Part shown: positions 1-8,963 of the stretch, in pieces
How the letters are laid out: the number at the start of each line of letters is the position of its first letter
Position numbering within the stretch: position 1 is the stretch's first letter
Source of the DNA: Candidatus Firestoneibacteriota bacterium
GTDB taxonomy: Bacteria > Oederibacteriota > D2-FULL-39-29
NCBI GenBank assembly: GCA_903891415.1
Contig: CAITEH010000033.1
Coordinates: forward strand, 21,205-85,204
Reading direction: 5' to 3'
Length of the DNA stretch: 64,000 nucleotides
Position numbers and translations under genes: made by a program
The notes under the pieces: model-generated
Database searches by the model: none
Seen by the model: only the letters and a program-made list of their open reading frames with translations
Told to the model about the DNA's origin: nothing

Positions 1-585
1 AAAACTTCCCTCATGCAAAGAAAGCACGCCGGATTCAAGATAGACATTCCGGTATTTTTCAAGCAGGGGAAAGGTGTACCTGTCTACACCCCAGATACCG
101 AGATCGGAAATAATACACAGCAATTCAGGGAATTCGTTCAGCAAACTGTAGATCATTTCCCAGGTCGAGCCGCCCTCGCGCATGGAAAGCACCAGGGGGA
201 TCTTTCTTTTTATCAACTCTTTGAAAAACTGCCCAAAAACAATACCTTTCAGCAGGAATCTGTGGTGGACCGGAAAGAGATTCAGGGCAAAGACCCTGTT
301 TTTCTTCATACGGCCGAAGAAATCTTCTGTTATTATTTCTTCGGTTTGCGGCGGAAGTATCGTCCAGCAGCCAAAAAGCCGTTTACTCCCTTCCATTGTT
401 TCAACAAGCATTTTATTCCCTTCTTCGGGAGAATATTCAAACTGGGACATATGATAGACCAGCGCTTTTTCTATACCCAGCTCATCCATTTTTTCCAGAA
501 GTTCGGAAGCCTTTACAGCCGGCTTGTAACTTCCGAGCATCTGTGTTCCCAGATAGATATTGGCATCAAAGAATTTAATTTCCAT
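1..585 (-). CDS. amidohydrolase-like TIM-barrel hydrolase (first 195 codons; gene continues past the left window edge)
   Basis: Not in the ORF track because there is no stop inside the window. Manual reverse-complement translation from ATG 585-583 (AGGAGA upstream) stays open for all 195 codons to position 1: MEIKFFDANIYLGTQMLGSYKPAVKASELLEKMDELGIEKALVYH... The N-terminal FFDAN..LG pattern resembles amidohydrolase_2 proteins. The + ORF 13..918 is its antisense shadow. Confidence 0.5.
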   Translation of the reverse strand, partial: MEIKFFDANIYLGTQMLGSYKPAVKASELLEKMDELGIEKALVYHMSQFEYSPEEGNKMLVETMEGSKRLFGCWTILPPQTEEIITEDFFGRMKKNRVFALNLFPVHHRFLLKGIVFGQFFKELIKRKIPLVLSMREGGSTWEMIYSLLNEFPELLCIISDLGIWGVDRYTFPLLEKYRNVYLESGVLSLHEGSF

Positions 586-615
586 AATTCTCCTGTTTTC
601 CGCCGAAATTTTCCG

Positions 616-1746
616 TTAACCCGGGATCTTCACCCAGGCTCCTTTTTCCCCGGAGCTTTTAACGGCGGCTGCTATGAATTTCATTCCGGCCAGGCCGTCT
701 CCGGCAGAAGGATGCGGATAGGCCTTTGGAATATTTTTCTCCCCTTTTGCTTTTCGCACCGTAAATTCCATGGTAAGATGCAGGTTTGCCAGTGCTTCAA
801 GAAAATCCTCAAAATGGCCCGCGGGAAGCCGCAGATACGGTTTTATCGAAGCGGGGAAATAATCATAGCCGGCTCCGATCCAGTAAACCTTGTCTTCCCT
901 GCCAAACTTTACTGTTAAACAACCGGAACGTTCCTGCGCCCACTCCAAAGAACCCTTAGTTCCGTATATCTTAAAACCATTATCATTCTTGTAGCCTATG
1001 GCTATCTGCGTGGCGGTAATGAGAGCCGTGGCTCCGTTGTTCATTTCGCAAATTGCGTTAAAATCATCGTCAAGCTTTCTTCCCTTTACAAAGGTATTAA
1101 GCCGCGCAGAAACCCGAACCGTTTCCAAACCGGTCACCCATCTCGCGGCCATATGCGCGTGGGTACCTATATCCCCGCCGCAGCAGGAAAGCCCCGCCCT
1201 TTCAGGGTCAACGCGCCACTCAGCCTGCTTTGCCCCGCTCTTCTCAATATTATCCGCGAGCCAGCCCTGATTGTACCAGCTCTCTATTTTTCTTACTTCA
1301 CCGATCTCGCCGTTAATAACCATTTCCCGGGCCAGCATCATCATGGGATGTCCCGTATAGGTATGGGCAAGAATAAACGGCACCTTTTTTTTCTTAACTA
1401 TACCGGCAAGTTCTACGGCTTCTTTAACAGTAAGCGTGACCGGTTTTTCACATAAGACCGGAATACCTTTTTCCAGGCAGGCTTTCGCGGGCGCGAAATG
1501 CGCATCATTGGTTGTCGTAATAACGATATAATCCAGTTCTTCACCTGAATTTACAAGTTCCATATAATCGCCGTAGCCGGTTATTCCCAGCTCAACAGCC
1601 GCCGCCAAAGAACTTTCCTTAGTTCTTCTTAGAGCCCCGGCAACAAGTTCTCTGGTACCGTCAAGATGCAGGGCGCGCCTGTGAACGCCGCCAAAAAAAT
1701 TTTGAGGGCCGCCGCCTCCTATCATGCCGACTCTGAGCTTTTTCAT
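616..1746 (-). CDS. Gfo/Idh/MocA family NAD(P)-dependent oxidoreductase
   Basis: 376 aa. N-terminal Rossmann motif MKKLRVGMIGGGG, EKP motif (LCEKPVTL), GGAGG RBS upstream. Confidence 0.85.
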   Translation of the reverse strand: MKKLRVGMIGGGGPQNFFGGVHRRALHLDGTRELVAGALRRTKESSLAAAVELGITGYGDYMELVNSGEELDYIVITTTNDAHFAPAKACLEKGIPVLCEKPVTLTVKEAVELAGIVKKKKVPFILAHTYTGHPMMMLAREMVINGEIGEVRKIESWYNQGWLADNIEKSGAKQAEWRVDPERAGLSCCGGDIGTHAHMAARWVTGLETVRVSARLNTFVKGRKLDDDFNAICEMNNGATALITATQIAIGYKNDNGFKIYGTKGSLEWAQERSGCLTVKFGREDKVYWIGAGYDYFPASIKPYLRLPAGHFEDFLEALANLHLTMEFTVRKAKGEKNIPKAYPHPSAGDGLAGMKFIAAAVKSSGEKGAWVKIPG

Positions 1747-1941
1747 CTACTCCCTCCTCAAAAAAATATACGCCAGAAAGATGCCTATTCTGTCATCCTC
1801 GAGTGCTTTTGTCGAGGCTCCAGTGTCTTTAGGCAGAAAGCTGTATCTTTCTTAATCATGCCAAAAGCGTTCATTCGCCTGGTTTTGGACGGATGAACGC
1901 ATTATTTGGTTGTCAACAGTATAGCACTTGTTTTTTGTTTT

Positions 1942-3129
1942 TTAAAGGCTTTCCCCCGCCTTCCTGATAACTCTTATTTTATTCTCAATATCCTTTTCCT
2001 TCCATTCAGGGTTCACGCCCACTCTGACGGAACGCCTTAATATATCCAGCGTCTTCGGACACATAGTTTTGCTATACTTCATATTCAGCCCTTTATTGGC
2101 AGCAAAGAAATAAGGATTTGCAGCCCCGGTTACGCCTATGCGGTGCTCCAGGATCGGGCCCCAGTTTGAATATACATGTTTACCGGAATCAATGGGAAGC
2201 GTTCCCGCCACTCCCGGAGCTGATGCAAATTTCCTGGCAATTTTTTCGTTTTCAAATTGAAAATGAAGACCGGCGCCGGCTTCTCCCTGCCCGTCATTGC
2301 TCCTGACAAAATATATATTTTGGGCGGATGCAAGTTCTCCGGAAATCCTGTTCTTTATCTTTCTCAGGTCCTTAAGTATCCCCGGCAGCCTCTTAAGCTG
2401 TACCCGGAGCATAGCGCCCATTATTTCGCTGGCTCTGAATTGCATGCCGAGAAAAACCGGTATGCTTAATTTTTTCGCGAACGGCCTGAAGTTGGCTCCG
2501 CTGTCATGGTAGACCAGCGCTCTTTCGAAGACCTTTTTGCTGTCCGTAACCACCGCGCCCCCCTCCCCGCAGGTTATCGTCTTGAAGTAGTTAAAGCTGT
2601 AAGCTCCGGCATGCCCGATCTTTCCGACCTTGATACCGTTATAGGTCACTCCGCTGGCCTGGCAGGCGTCTTCAACTACGAAGAGTTTGTATTTATTCGC
2701 AAGTGCCATAAGTTTTCCCATATCGCAGGTAAGTCCTAAAAGATGCACCGGCATTATCGCTTTTGTTCTTTTTGATATCTTCTTTTCAACGTCAACCGGG
2801 TCAAGCATAAGGGAGTCATCCACTTCCGCAATTACCGGAATGGCTCCGACACAAAGAACCGCGGACGCGGAGGCCATGAAAGTATAGGCCGGGACGATAA
2901 CTTCATCGCCGGGGCCTATTTCAAGCCCGGCAAGCGCGCAGATAAGCCCCGCAGTGCCTCCGCCTGACATAAGCAATGAATGCTTTGAACCTGTAAATTT
3001 CGACCATTCTTTTTCAAACTTGTCGCATTCTTGAAAACACCCGCTTTTGCCGTCCGCCATACGGAAATACTGCTTACTTTTTATGATCCTCTCTACCGCT
3101 TTTACTTCTTCTTTTCCGACCCTGTACAT
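1942..3129 (-). CDS. DegT/DnrJ/EryC1/StrS family PLP-dependent sugar aminotransferase
   Basis: 395 aa. GDEVIVPAYTFMASA and the following fold pattern are typical of the DegT family. AAGGAGG RBS. Confidence 0.85.
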   Translation of the reverse strand: MYRVGKEEVKAVERIIKSKQYFRMADGKSGCFQECDKFEKEWSKFTGSKHSLLMSGGGTAGLICALAGLEIGPGDEVIVPAYTFMASASAVLCVGAIPVIAEVDDSLMLDPVDVEKKISKRTKAIMPVHLLGLTCDMGKLMALANKYKLFVVEDACQASGVTYNGIKVGKIGHAGAYSFNYFKTITCGEGGAVVTDSKKVFERALVYHDSGANFRPFAKKLSIPVFLGMQFRASEIMGAMLRVQLKRLPGILKDLRKIKNRISGELASAQNIYFVRSNDGQGEAGAGLHFQFENEKIARKFASAPGVAGTLPIDSGKHVYSNWGPILEHRIGVTGAANPYFFAANKGLNMKYSKTMCPKTLDILRRSVRVGVNPEWKEKDIENKIRVIRKAGESL

Positions 3130-3246
3130 TTTAAGCCTCCTTAAACTGATGTAGGATAAGTTTATGTAAATGAAAGGGTTTTGTAAATGGAGAGAACTAC
3201 TATCTTTTGTACTTTTCTACGATAGCAGGGAAAAACCGGCGGCCTT

Positions 3247-4140
3247 TCACTGCCGGGTCTTGAGTTTGTATTCTGAAGGAGTATAACCGGACAGGTCTTT
3301 GAATATTCTGCAAAAATAATACTGATCTTCATAGCCCACAAGCGAGGCTGTTTCTTTCATATTATATTTTCCGCTTTTTATGATCTCTTTGGCCTGGTCG
3401 ATCCTGATCTTATTAATGAACCGGGAAAGGGATACTTTGTTGTATTTTTTAAAAATAGAGGAAAGATAATTTGGGGAAAGCATTATCAGCCGAGAAAGTT
3501 TGGCAACACTCAGATCTTTGTTGAAGTTCCCGGTAATATATTTTTCTATGGTTTCAATATCAAGGCGCTGGTAATCTTTCCCTGCTTTTTTCTCCAGCGA
3601 GAGAATGCTTTCAAGTGCCTGGTCCATTAACTTGAGTAACGCCAGCTTTATTTCTATCAGATCAATATTTTTCCTGCCTGCCTCATTCAATAAAATGTCC
3701 AGCTTTTCCTTCAATTCCCGGTTATATCTGATAAAAGGCAGATTGCTCGCGATATGATAACCCTTCGCTTTATCGTAGGTCGTTAAAAATATCCTTCTTT
3801 GATTCAGTCCGAACGAAAACCAGAGCATCTTATAAGGACAGTTTTTTGTGAAATAAGATTCATAATGGGGCATTTCGGGAGGATACAAATATAGATCGCC
3901 TTTAGCCGCGACATATTGCGCGTCTTTAATTCCTATAAGACAGGTTCCGTCAATAACACAGCTCATCTCGATATATTTATGCGAATGTTTTTCACAATAA
4001 GGATGCATCTTTTTCTTTTTATTAAATTTCAGGGCTCTTGTATTCGTATCATCGTAAATAAAATTACTTTTGTTTATATTGGAAATAGAGCCAAGAGCCC
4101 CGCCCAGCAGGGTCCCTATAAGTATTCTCTGCTGTTCCAT
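3247..4140 (-). CDS. AraC family transcriptional regulator (cupin-like sensor plus C-terminal HTH)
   Basis: 297 aa. C-terminal AraC signature (LSVAKLSRLIMLSPNYLSSIFKK ... GYEDQYYFCRIFK). Confidence 0.85.
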   Translation of the reverse strand: MEQQRILIGTLLGGALGSISNINKSNFIYDDTNTRALKFNKKKKMHPYCEKHSHKYIEMSCVIDGTCLIGIKDAQYVAAKGDLYLYPPEMPHYESYFTKNCPYKMLWFSFGLNQRRIFLTTYDKAKGYHIASNLPFIRYNRELKEKLDILLNEAGRKNIDLIEIKLALLKLMDQALESILSLEKKAGKDYQRLDIETIEKYITGNFNKDLSVAKLSRLIMLSPNYLSSIFKKYNKVSLSRFINKIRIDQAKEIIKSGKYNMKETASLVGYEDQYYFCRIFKDLSGYTPSEYKLKTRQ

Positions 4141-4151
4141 TTTATTTTATT

Positions 4152-4502
4152 TTACTTGATAAGGTTTTCATAAACACCTGCTCCGGCATGTAAAAGAGCC
4201 ATTATCAGGACAATTATTCCTATCACTTTATGAGTTTTGAGCGGTAGTTTTATCACATTCATACCCGCAAGGACATTTATACAAAACAGGGCTACCATAA
4301 GCGACCCGGCAATAAGCGCGGGGAGTGGAAACTGCATAACCCAGCCGGACACAGTATGTATGAGCGCCATAACAAGAATTATCAGAGCAATGACCTTATG
4401 CCCCCTGGCCTGTTTTCCCATTAACCCGCTGCCTACTATGTAAACAATTCCTAAGAACATTACTATCCCGAAACCCGCGATCATCCTACCGGTCATCTGC
4501 AT
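4152..4502 (-). CDS. small 4-TM membrane protein with internally duplicated His-containing helices
   Basis: 116 aa, GGAGG RBS. Stop lies 11 nt before the AraC start. Internal repeat GHKVIALIILVMALIHTVSGW / THKVIGIIVLIMALLHAGAGV. Confidence 0.6.
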   Translation of the reverse strand: MQMTGRMIAGFGIVMFLGIVYIVGSGLMGKQARGHKVIALIILVMALIHTVSGWVMQFPLPALIAGSLMVALFCINVLAGMNVIKLPLKTHKVIGIIVLIMALLHAGAGVYENLIK

Positions 4503-4607
4503 TTTTCCTCCTTTGATATTTAATACCCGGGTTTATTATAACATCAAACCATTTATAGCCGCAACCGGGAGTTATTGCCCCGCCCGGCCGAAAAACCTGC
4601 CGGAGGT

Positions 4608-5432
4608 TCACGTATTATTTATCAAATATTGAGCTATCAGGTTCCTCATACTGTCAGCGTTCCTGACGGCAAAACCCAGGTGGCAATTATTAAAATAGAG
4701 ATAAAGGTCCTGAGAGCGACCCGCCATTTTTTTAATATCCGGCAGGAACGACCTTAATTCTTCTTCACTATAAAGATAATTGTACCGCTCTTCCAGCGGC
4801 GCGCTGAACCAGTTGGTATTCCTGCCGTGAAATCTAAGATAACCTGTTTTTGAAGTTACCTCGGGCATGTAGGGCATTAACTTTTCGAGTTTTGGTTCAT
4901 CCACAGCGCAGAAACCAAGTTTATTAGCGCTTAAGAATTTCAGCATTTCCGGAGCCGCCCATTCTCTGTTACGAAATTCAATAACTAACGGGATACCGTG
5001 CAAAAGGTCACGGCATTTCAATATATATTCCCTGCTTTCCTCCCCGGGGTGAAAGAAATACGGAAATTGCAGGAGCACGCAGCCCAGCTGATTTTGAGCT
5101 ATAAGAGGCGTAAGCGCCAGCGCAAATTTCCGCGTAACCTCATAAGCTTTCATTATCGAGGGTTTTGGACTTATCCTGGGGTCAAAAGGATCGTGGGTAG
5201 TTCCGCGGTTACCCTTTACCACAAAAATAAAATCCTTCGGGACCTTGGCTTGCATCGAAATAAAAGACTTCTCGGAAGGAAGCGCGTAGTAGGTAAAATT
5301 CAGTTCTACGGAATTAAATTTCAGTTCCCCTGCGTAAAATTCCAGCATTTCTGCGGCTTTAATGTCCCCGGGATAAACCGCGCCCTTCCAGTCAACAAAA
5401 GAAAAACCGGAAGTACCGAGCCTTAACGCCAT
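4608..5432 (-). CDS. DUF72 family protein
   Basis: 274 aa. Begins LGTSGFSFVDWKGAVYP ... FNSVELNFTYYALP, typical of DUF72/UPF0759. Confidence 0.85.
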   Translation of the reverse strand: MALRLGTSGFSFVDWKGAVYPGDIKAAEMLEFYAGELKFNSVELNFTYYALPSEKSFISMQAKVPKDFIFVVKGNRGTTHDPFDPRISPKPSIMKAYEVTRKFALALTPLIAQNQLGCVLLQFPYFFHPGEESREYILKCRDLLHGIPLVIEFRNREWAAPEMLKFLSANKLGFCAVDEPKLEKLMPYMPEVTSKTGYLRFHGRNTNWFSAPLEERYNYLYSEEELRSFLPDIKKMAGRSQDLYLYFNNCHLGFAVRNADSMRNLIAQYLINNT

Positions 5433-5494
5433 TTTTCCCCTTTAGGAGCGTTGTTATTTTATATTCAAGGTCCAGGCCCTGCTTAAGGCCTGTG

Positions 5495-5716
5495 TTATTT
5501 TCTTCTCCAGGTCATGTTCGTTACTTCGGAGTTAATAAAAGTGAACTTTTTTGACCAGTCAGAGTGCTCGCCCTCAATGGATACGGTGCAATCCACGGAA
5601 AGCACGCCATTGCCGTCTTTCACGGTATTCCCGGTGACTTCCATGCTGATAGTATCTTCACCATAGGCCGATTTTAAATACTTAGCACACTTATCCAGCA
5701 TTTGTTTTTCTTCCAT
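5495..5716 (-). CDS. hypothetical small protein
   Basis: 73 aa with a GGAGG RBS. No recognisable motif. Confidence 0.5.
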   Translation of the reverse strand: MEEKQMLDKCAKYLKSAYGEDTISMEVTGNTVKDGNGVLSVDCTVSIEGEHSDWSKKFTFINSEVTNMTWRRK

Positions 5717-5823
5717 AATAAACCTCCAAAGGAAAAATAAACCGGAGCCCGCTATTTGACCTGTATTTCCGTGCGCTTCTTAACTAAGCCGTACAAGATT
5801 TCCCCGACACTGAATATATTATT

Positions 5824-7452
5824 CTAGTAACCCCAGACAATAATTTTGTTATCTTCGCCTGCCGAAACCAGGCAATTTCCCGCGGGTGAAAAAGCTACAG
5901 CCAGTACACTTCCGGAATGCAGCTTTAAAGTGTCAAGTTTTCTTCCGGTATCTATGTCCCAAATATAAATTTTACCGTTATCCTTGGCGGTTGCAAATAC
6001 TTTTCCGTCCGCCGAAAACCGCGCCGCGGTAACCGCCGAGTTTCCCGAAAAAACAACATATTTATTCTTGTAATTTTCCATGTCGGTAACGGCAATTCCG
6101 CCGTCCCTATATCCGGTCAGGATATAACGTCCGTTCGGGCTTATAGCCAGAGCGGTTGTGGAAATACCGGAATCTATCCCCTCGGCAAAAAACGGGCTGC
6201 CTTTTCCGGATCTCAGGTCCCATAAAACAAATATGTTGTTGCTTGTGGATGCGGCCAGATAAGGAGCTGTCCGCGAAAAAGCTATTCCGGTGATCTCAAA
6301 AGGCATTTCGAACTTCATTATTTTTATCCTGTCAGGGTATTCCCAGAACGACAAAGCTTTTTGCATGGAACCGGTCGCTATTATCCTTGAATTTCCGCTT
6401 ACCGCAACTTTCAGAGCGCCGCAGAGATCAGCCGTGAAGCGCAGGGCACTTCCCGCACCTTCCTCATTCAGGGGAATGATAACGCCATGCTCGCTGTTAT
6501 CACCGACAATAAAGGCACTGCTGTCAGGAACCGCCGCAGCGCTTTCTGCGCGGAATTCCAGTTCCAGCTCCTTAATAAGAGCCCATTCCGCGGTTCTCCA
6601 TATTTTAACTTTATTATCCGCAGTGCTGGCAGCCAGAAGATATTTACCCTCCGCAGAAAAAGCGAGCTTCGCGTTCTTGACATCGGCAAGCACAGTTATG
6701 GCCTGCAATCTCCCGTCTTTTTTATAGAAGGGTTTTACGAGCTTTTTGTTAAAATGCTCAGTTTCTTTCAGCAGATGGTCGGCTACCGGCAAAATATTCA
6801 GTTTCTCGGCATTCTGTTTTTCAAGAATTCCTGAAAGTTTTCTATCCTTGCTATAGGCCGGCAGAACAACAAAACCGCCTTCCATTTTGTCCCATTCCTG
6901 TCCGGAAACTTTCAGCAAGACATCCTCATGCGAAAAATATATCTTCCCCAAAGAACCTTCAGCGGTTCCTTTGCCTTTGATCCCGACAACCCGGCTTTTT
7001 CCTGTATTCGCCACCCTGACCAAGTCATAGGTTTCGGGTATCTGTTCGTTGATAAGCCGGAGGGTCTCTGCCGATAAAGGGCCGTATCTCTCGACACTTT
7101 TCAGGCCGTTCTCGTTTGCCAGCCGCCTGATCTTATCAAGATCAGAATGCTTTATGGCCTGAATAAATTCCTCGGCGAACTGTCTTTCAAATCCCGGCAG
7201 CGCGGGCCTTGCAAAAAACCATATCCCCGCGGCAACAAGCGCGCAGGCAATAGAAATACCGATTATTCTGTAATGTTTTTTATCCTGCTCTTTTCTGAAC
7301 TCATGCCGGGCCGCTTCTATTTCTTTTTCCACCTCTTTTTCGTCAACCGGCTTATTTTTTGCCTCCCATTTTGCAAAAACAAGCCCGCAATACTCACAGC
7401 AAGCGGTCTGAGTTTCGATCGGTTTTTTACAAGCAGGACACTCTTTCATCAC
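5824..7452 (-). CDS. membrane-anchored WD40-repeat protein with N-terminal zinc ribbon
   Basis: 542 aa. CPACKK...CCEYCG zinc ribbon, one TM segment (IIGISIACALVAAGIWFFA), and C-terminal WD40-like repeats (e.g. KIYIWDIDTG, NKIIVWGY). Confidence 0.8.
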   Translation of the reverse strand: MMKECPACKKPIETQTACCEYCGLVFAKWEAKNKPVDEKEVEKEIEAARHEFRKEQDKKHYRIIGISIACALVAAGIWFFARPALPGFERQFAEEFIQAIKHSDLDKIRRLANENGLKSVERYGPLSAETLRLINEQIPETYDLVRVANTGKSRVVGIKGKGTAEGSLGKIYFSHEDVLLKVSGQEWDKMEGGFVVLPAYSKDRKLSGILEKQNAEKLNILPVADHLLKETEHFNKKLVKPFYKKDGRLQAITVLADVKNAKLAFSAEGKYLLAASTADNKVKIWRTAEWALIKELELEFRAESAAAVPDSSAFIVGDNSEHGVIIPLNEEGAGSALRFTADLCGALKVAVSGNSRIIATGSMQKALSFWEYPDRIKIMKFEMPFEITGIAFSRTAPYLAASTSNNIFVLWDLRSGKGSPFFAEGIDSGISTTALAISPNGRYILTGYRDGGIAVTDMENYKNKYVVFSGNSAVTAARFSADGKVFATAKDNGKIYIWDIDTGRKLDTLKLHSGSVLAVAFSPAGNCLVSAGEDNKIIVWGY

Positions 7453-7482
7453 TCTCTCCAGTTGAAGCTTGGAATTTGGATA

Positions 7483-8139
7483 TCAGCCGTGCAGCAGAAT
7501 ATTTTTAATGTTTCCGGCTTTTTTTACCAGATAGTCAGGCCCGGCTTTTTTTAATTCCGCTTCTCCGGTATACCCGTAAGTAACGGCAATAGTTTTCAAA
7601 CCGTTGTTTTTTGCGCTTTGTATGTCAGAAACCGCATCTCCTATATAGACCGAGTTATCCGGAGCAAGGCGTTCCTCATTTAAGAGAAAAGAGAGCATCT
7701 CTGTTTTATTCATCTTTTTGCCTTCCCGGCAATCCGGAGAGATAATAGCTTTAAAAACTTCAAGGTTGAGCTTTTTAAGTATCCGCCCGGTAGGCAGCAG
7801 GCGTTTATTTGTCACCAGATACGCTGGCATCCTGCAGGCCTGCAAATTTTTCAGCAGAGCTTCGACACCCGGATAGGTATAAGTGTTAGGATAGTCGGAA
7901 TTATCATAATCTTCGCGAAAGTTCGTTGCAACTCTTATGAGAATTTCGGAGCTCGCTCCCGGTGTTATATTCCTCAGGCATTCCATTAAAGGAGGCCCGA
8001 TATGCTTTTTTTCGGGTTTCGCATTGAAAATACCTTCTTTTTCATAGGCCCTTTTCATGCAAAGAAGCATATCCCGTATAGAATCAATTATCGTACCGTC
8101 AAGATCAAAAATAGCCGCAGAAAAAGCTGCCTTTTGCAA
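7483..8139 (-). CDS. HAD-IA family hydrolase (phosphoglycolate phosphatase-like)
   Basis: 218 aa, TTG start with GAGGT RBS. HAD motif I FDLDGTIIDS and motif IV YIGDAVSD. Confidence 0.8.
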   Translation of the reverse strand: MQKAAFSAAIFDLDGTIIDSIRDMLLCMKRAYEKEGIFNAKPEKKHIGPPLMECLRNITPGASSEILIRVATNFREDYDNSDYPNTYTYPGVEALLKNLQACRMPAYLVTNKRLLPTGRILKKLNLEVFKAIISPDCREGKKMNKTEMLSFLLNEERLAPDNSVYIGDAVSDIQSAKNNGLKTIAVTYGYTGEAELKKAGPDYLVKKAGNIKNILLHG

Positions 8140-8208
8140 ATTTGTTACCTCGCGTTAAGATATTAAGATTATATACTCAAAAGCCTATTCTTGCAAGAAG
8201 AAATTGGA

Positions 8209-8226
8209 ACATGATGAAAATCATGT
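8209..8226. promoter_or_regulatory. 7-4-7 palindrome ACATGAT-GAAA-ATCATGT upstream of ferritin (candidate Fur/PerR-type operator)
   Basis: Perfect inverted repeat 63 nt upstream of the ferritin ATG. The TGAT..ATCA arms resemble Fur-box half sites. Confidence 0.35.
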
Positions 8227-8288
8227 ATTTTATTACAGAATAGATGTACCATTCATAAAGAAAGGAAAAAAGATCAAGGGAGGATGTA

Positions 8289-8777
8289 ATGGACAAGAAA
8301 CTCGCAAAAGAATTAAATCAGCAGATAAACGAAGAAATGGCTTCGGCGTATATCTACCAGGCAATGGCCGCCTGGCTGGAGAATAAGAATTATGAAGGTT
8401 TTGCCGGCTGGATGAAAGTACAGGCCAAGGAAGAGACCGCGCATGCCGATAAATTCTACAAATTTTTGCTGGACCGTGGAGAAAAAATAGAATTTCTGGC
8501 GATCGGCAAACCGGAAAATGATTTTGCCTCCGTGCTCGAGATCTTCGAGATAACCCTGAAACATGAGAAGTTCATAACCGGCAGGATAAATCTTCTGTCA
8601 GAGCTCGCGGAAAAAGTAAAAGACAGGCCGGCAGAAATAATGCTCCAGTGGTTCATTACCGAGCAGGTTGAAGAAGAGAAAAACCCTGCGGTAATGATAG
8701 AAAAATTAAAACTGATAAAAGAAGGTACCGGCGGTTTCTTCTATCTGGACAAAGAAGCGGGCAAAAGAGGCAAGTAA
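8289..8777 (+). CDS. non-haem ferritin
   Basis: 162 aa. LNQQINEEMASAYIYQAMAAW ... EETAHADKFYKFL ferroxidase-centre pattern. GGGAGG RBS. Confidence 0.9.
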   Translation: MDKKLAKELNQQINEEMASAYIYQAMAAWLENKNYEGFAGWMKVQAKEETAHADKFYKFLLDRGEKIEFLAIGKPENDFASVLEIFEITLKHEKFITGRINLLSELAEKVKDRPAEIMLQWFITEQVEEEKNPAVMIEKLKLIKEGTGGFFYLDKEAGKRGK

Positions 8778-8805
8778 GCAGTTTACCGGAAACAACTTTA
8801 CTTAT

Positions 8806-8841
8806 GAAAAAATCCGCGTTCAAAAGAGCGCGGATTTTTTA
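8806..8841 (+). terminator. intrinsic terminator after ferritin
   Basis: AAAAAATCCGCG-ttcaaaaga-CGCGGATTTTTT: a GC stem followed by a T-run. Confidence 0.7.
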
Positions 8842-8850
8842 TTGCAGCAT

Positions 8851-8930
8851 GGAATCTGTTCCATAGTTACCCGATTTAGGCCGTTCCGGCGAAGGCGGGT
8901 TTGCCGGTGACGCCTGATAAATCAGGCAAC
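8851..8930. repeat. short variant of the dispersed hairpin element (core shared with 12381-12445 and 34589-34647)
   Basis: 23-nt identity ATTTAGGCCGTTCCGGCGAAGGC with 12386-12408. Hairpin GCCTGAT-AAA-ATCAGGC followed by AACTGCA. Flanked by the direct 8-mer TGCAGCAT (8843-8850 and 8931-8938). Confidence 0.5.
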
Positions 8931-8963
8931 TGCAGCATTATAAACAAAATTCCGGGAACGCTT

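Noticed and set aside
13-918. 301-aa + strand ORF, the longest ORF at the left end
   Set aside because: It runs antisense to two well-supported minus-strand genes (amidohydrolase-like 1..585 and Gfo/Idh/MocA 616..1746). It bridges their intergenic RBS and has a Phe/Arg/Lys-rich composition with no motifs. It is a shadow ORF.
1899-1925. TGTCAACAGTATAGCAC resembles one arm of the lexA palindrome (ACAGAATAGCAC)
   Set aside because: It is a single half-site with a mismatch and no inverted partner. A match of this quality is plausible by chance in 128 kb of two-strand sequence.
8231-8245. TATTACAGAATAG upstream of ferritin resembles TATTGACAGAATAG of the lexA operator
   Set aside because: It needs a one-base gap, has no palindromic partner, and is probably coincidental.
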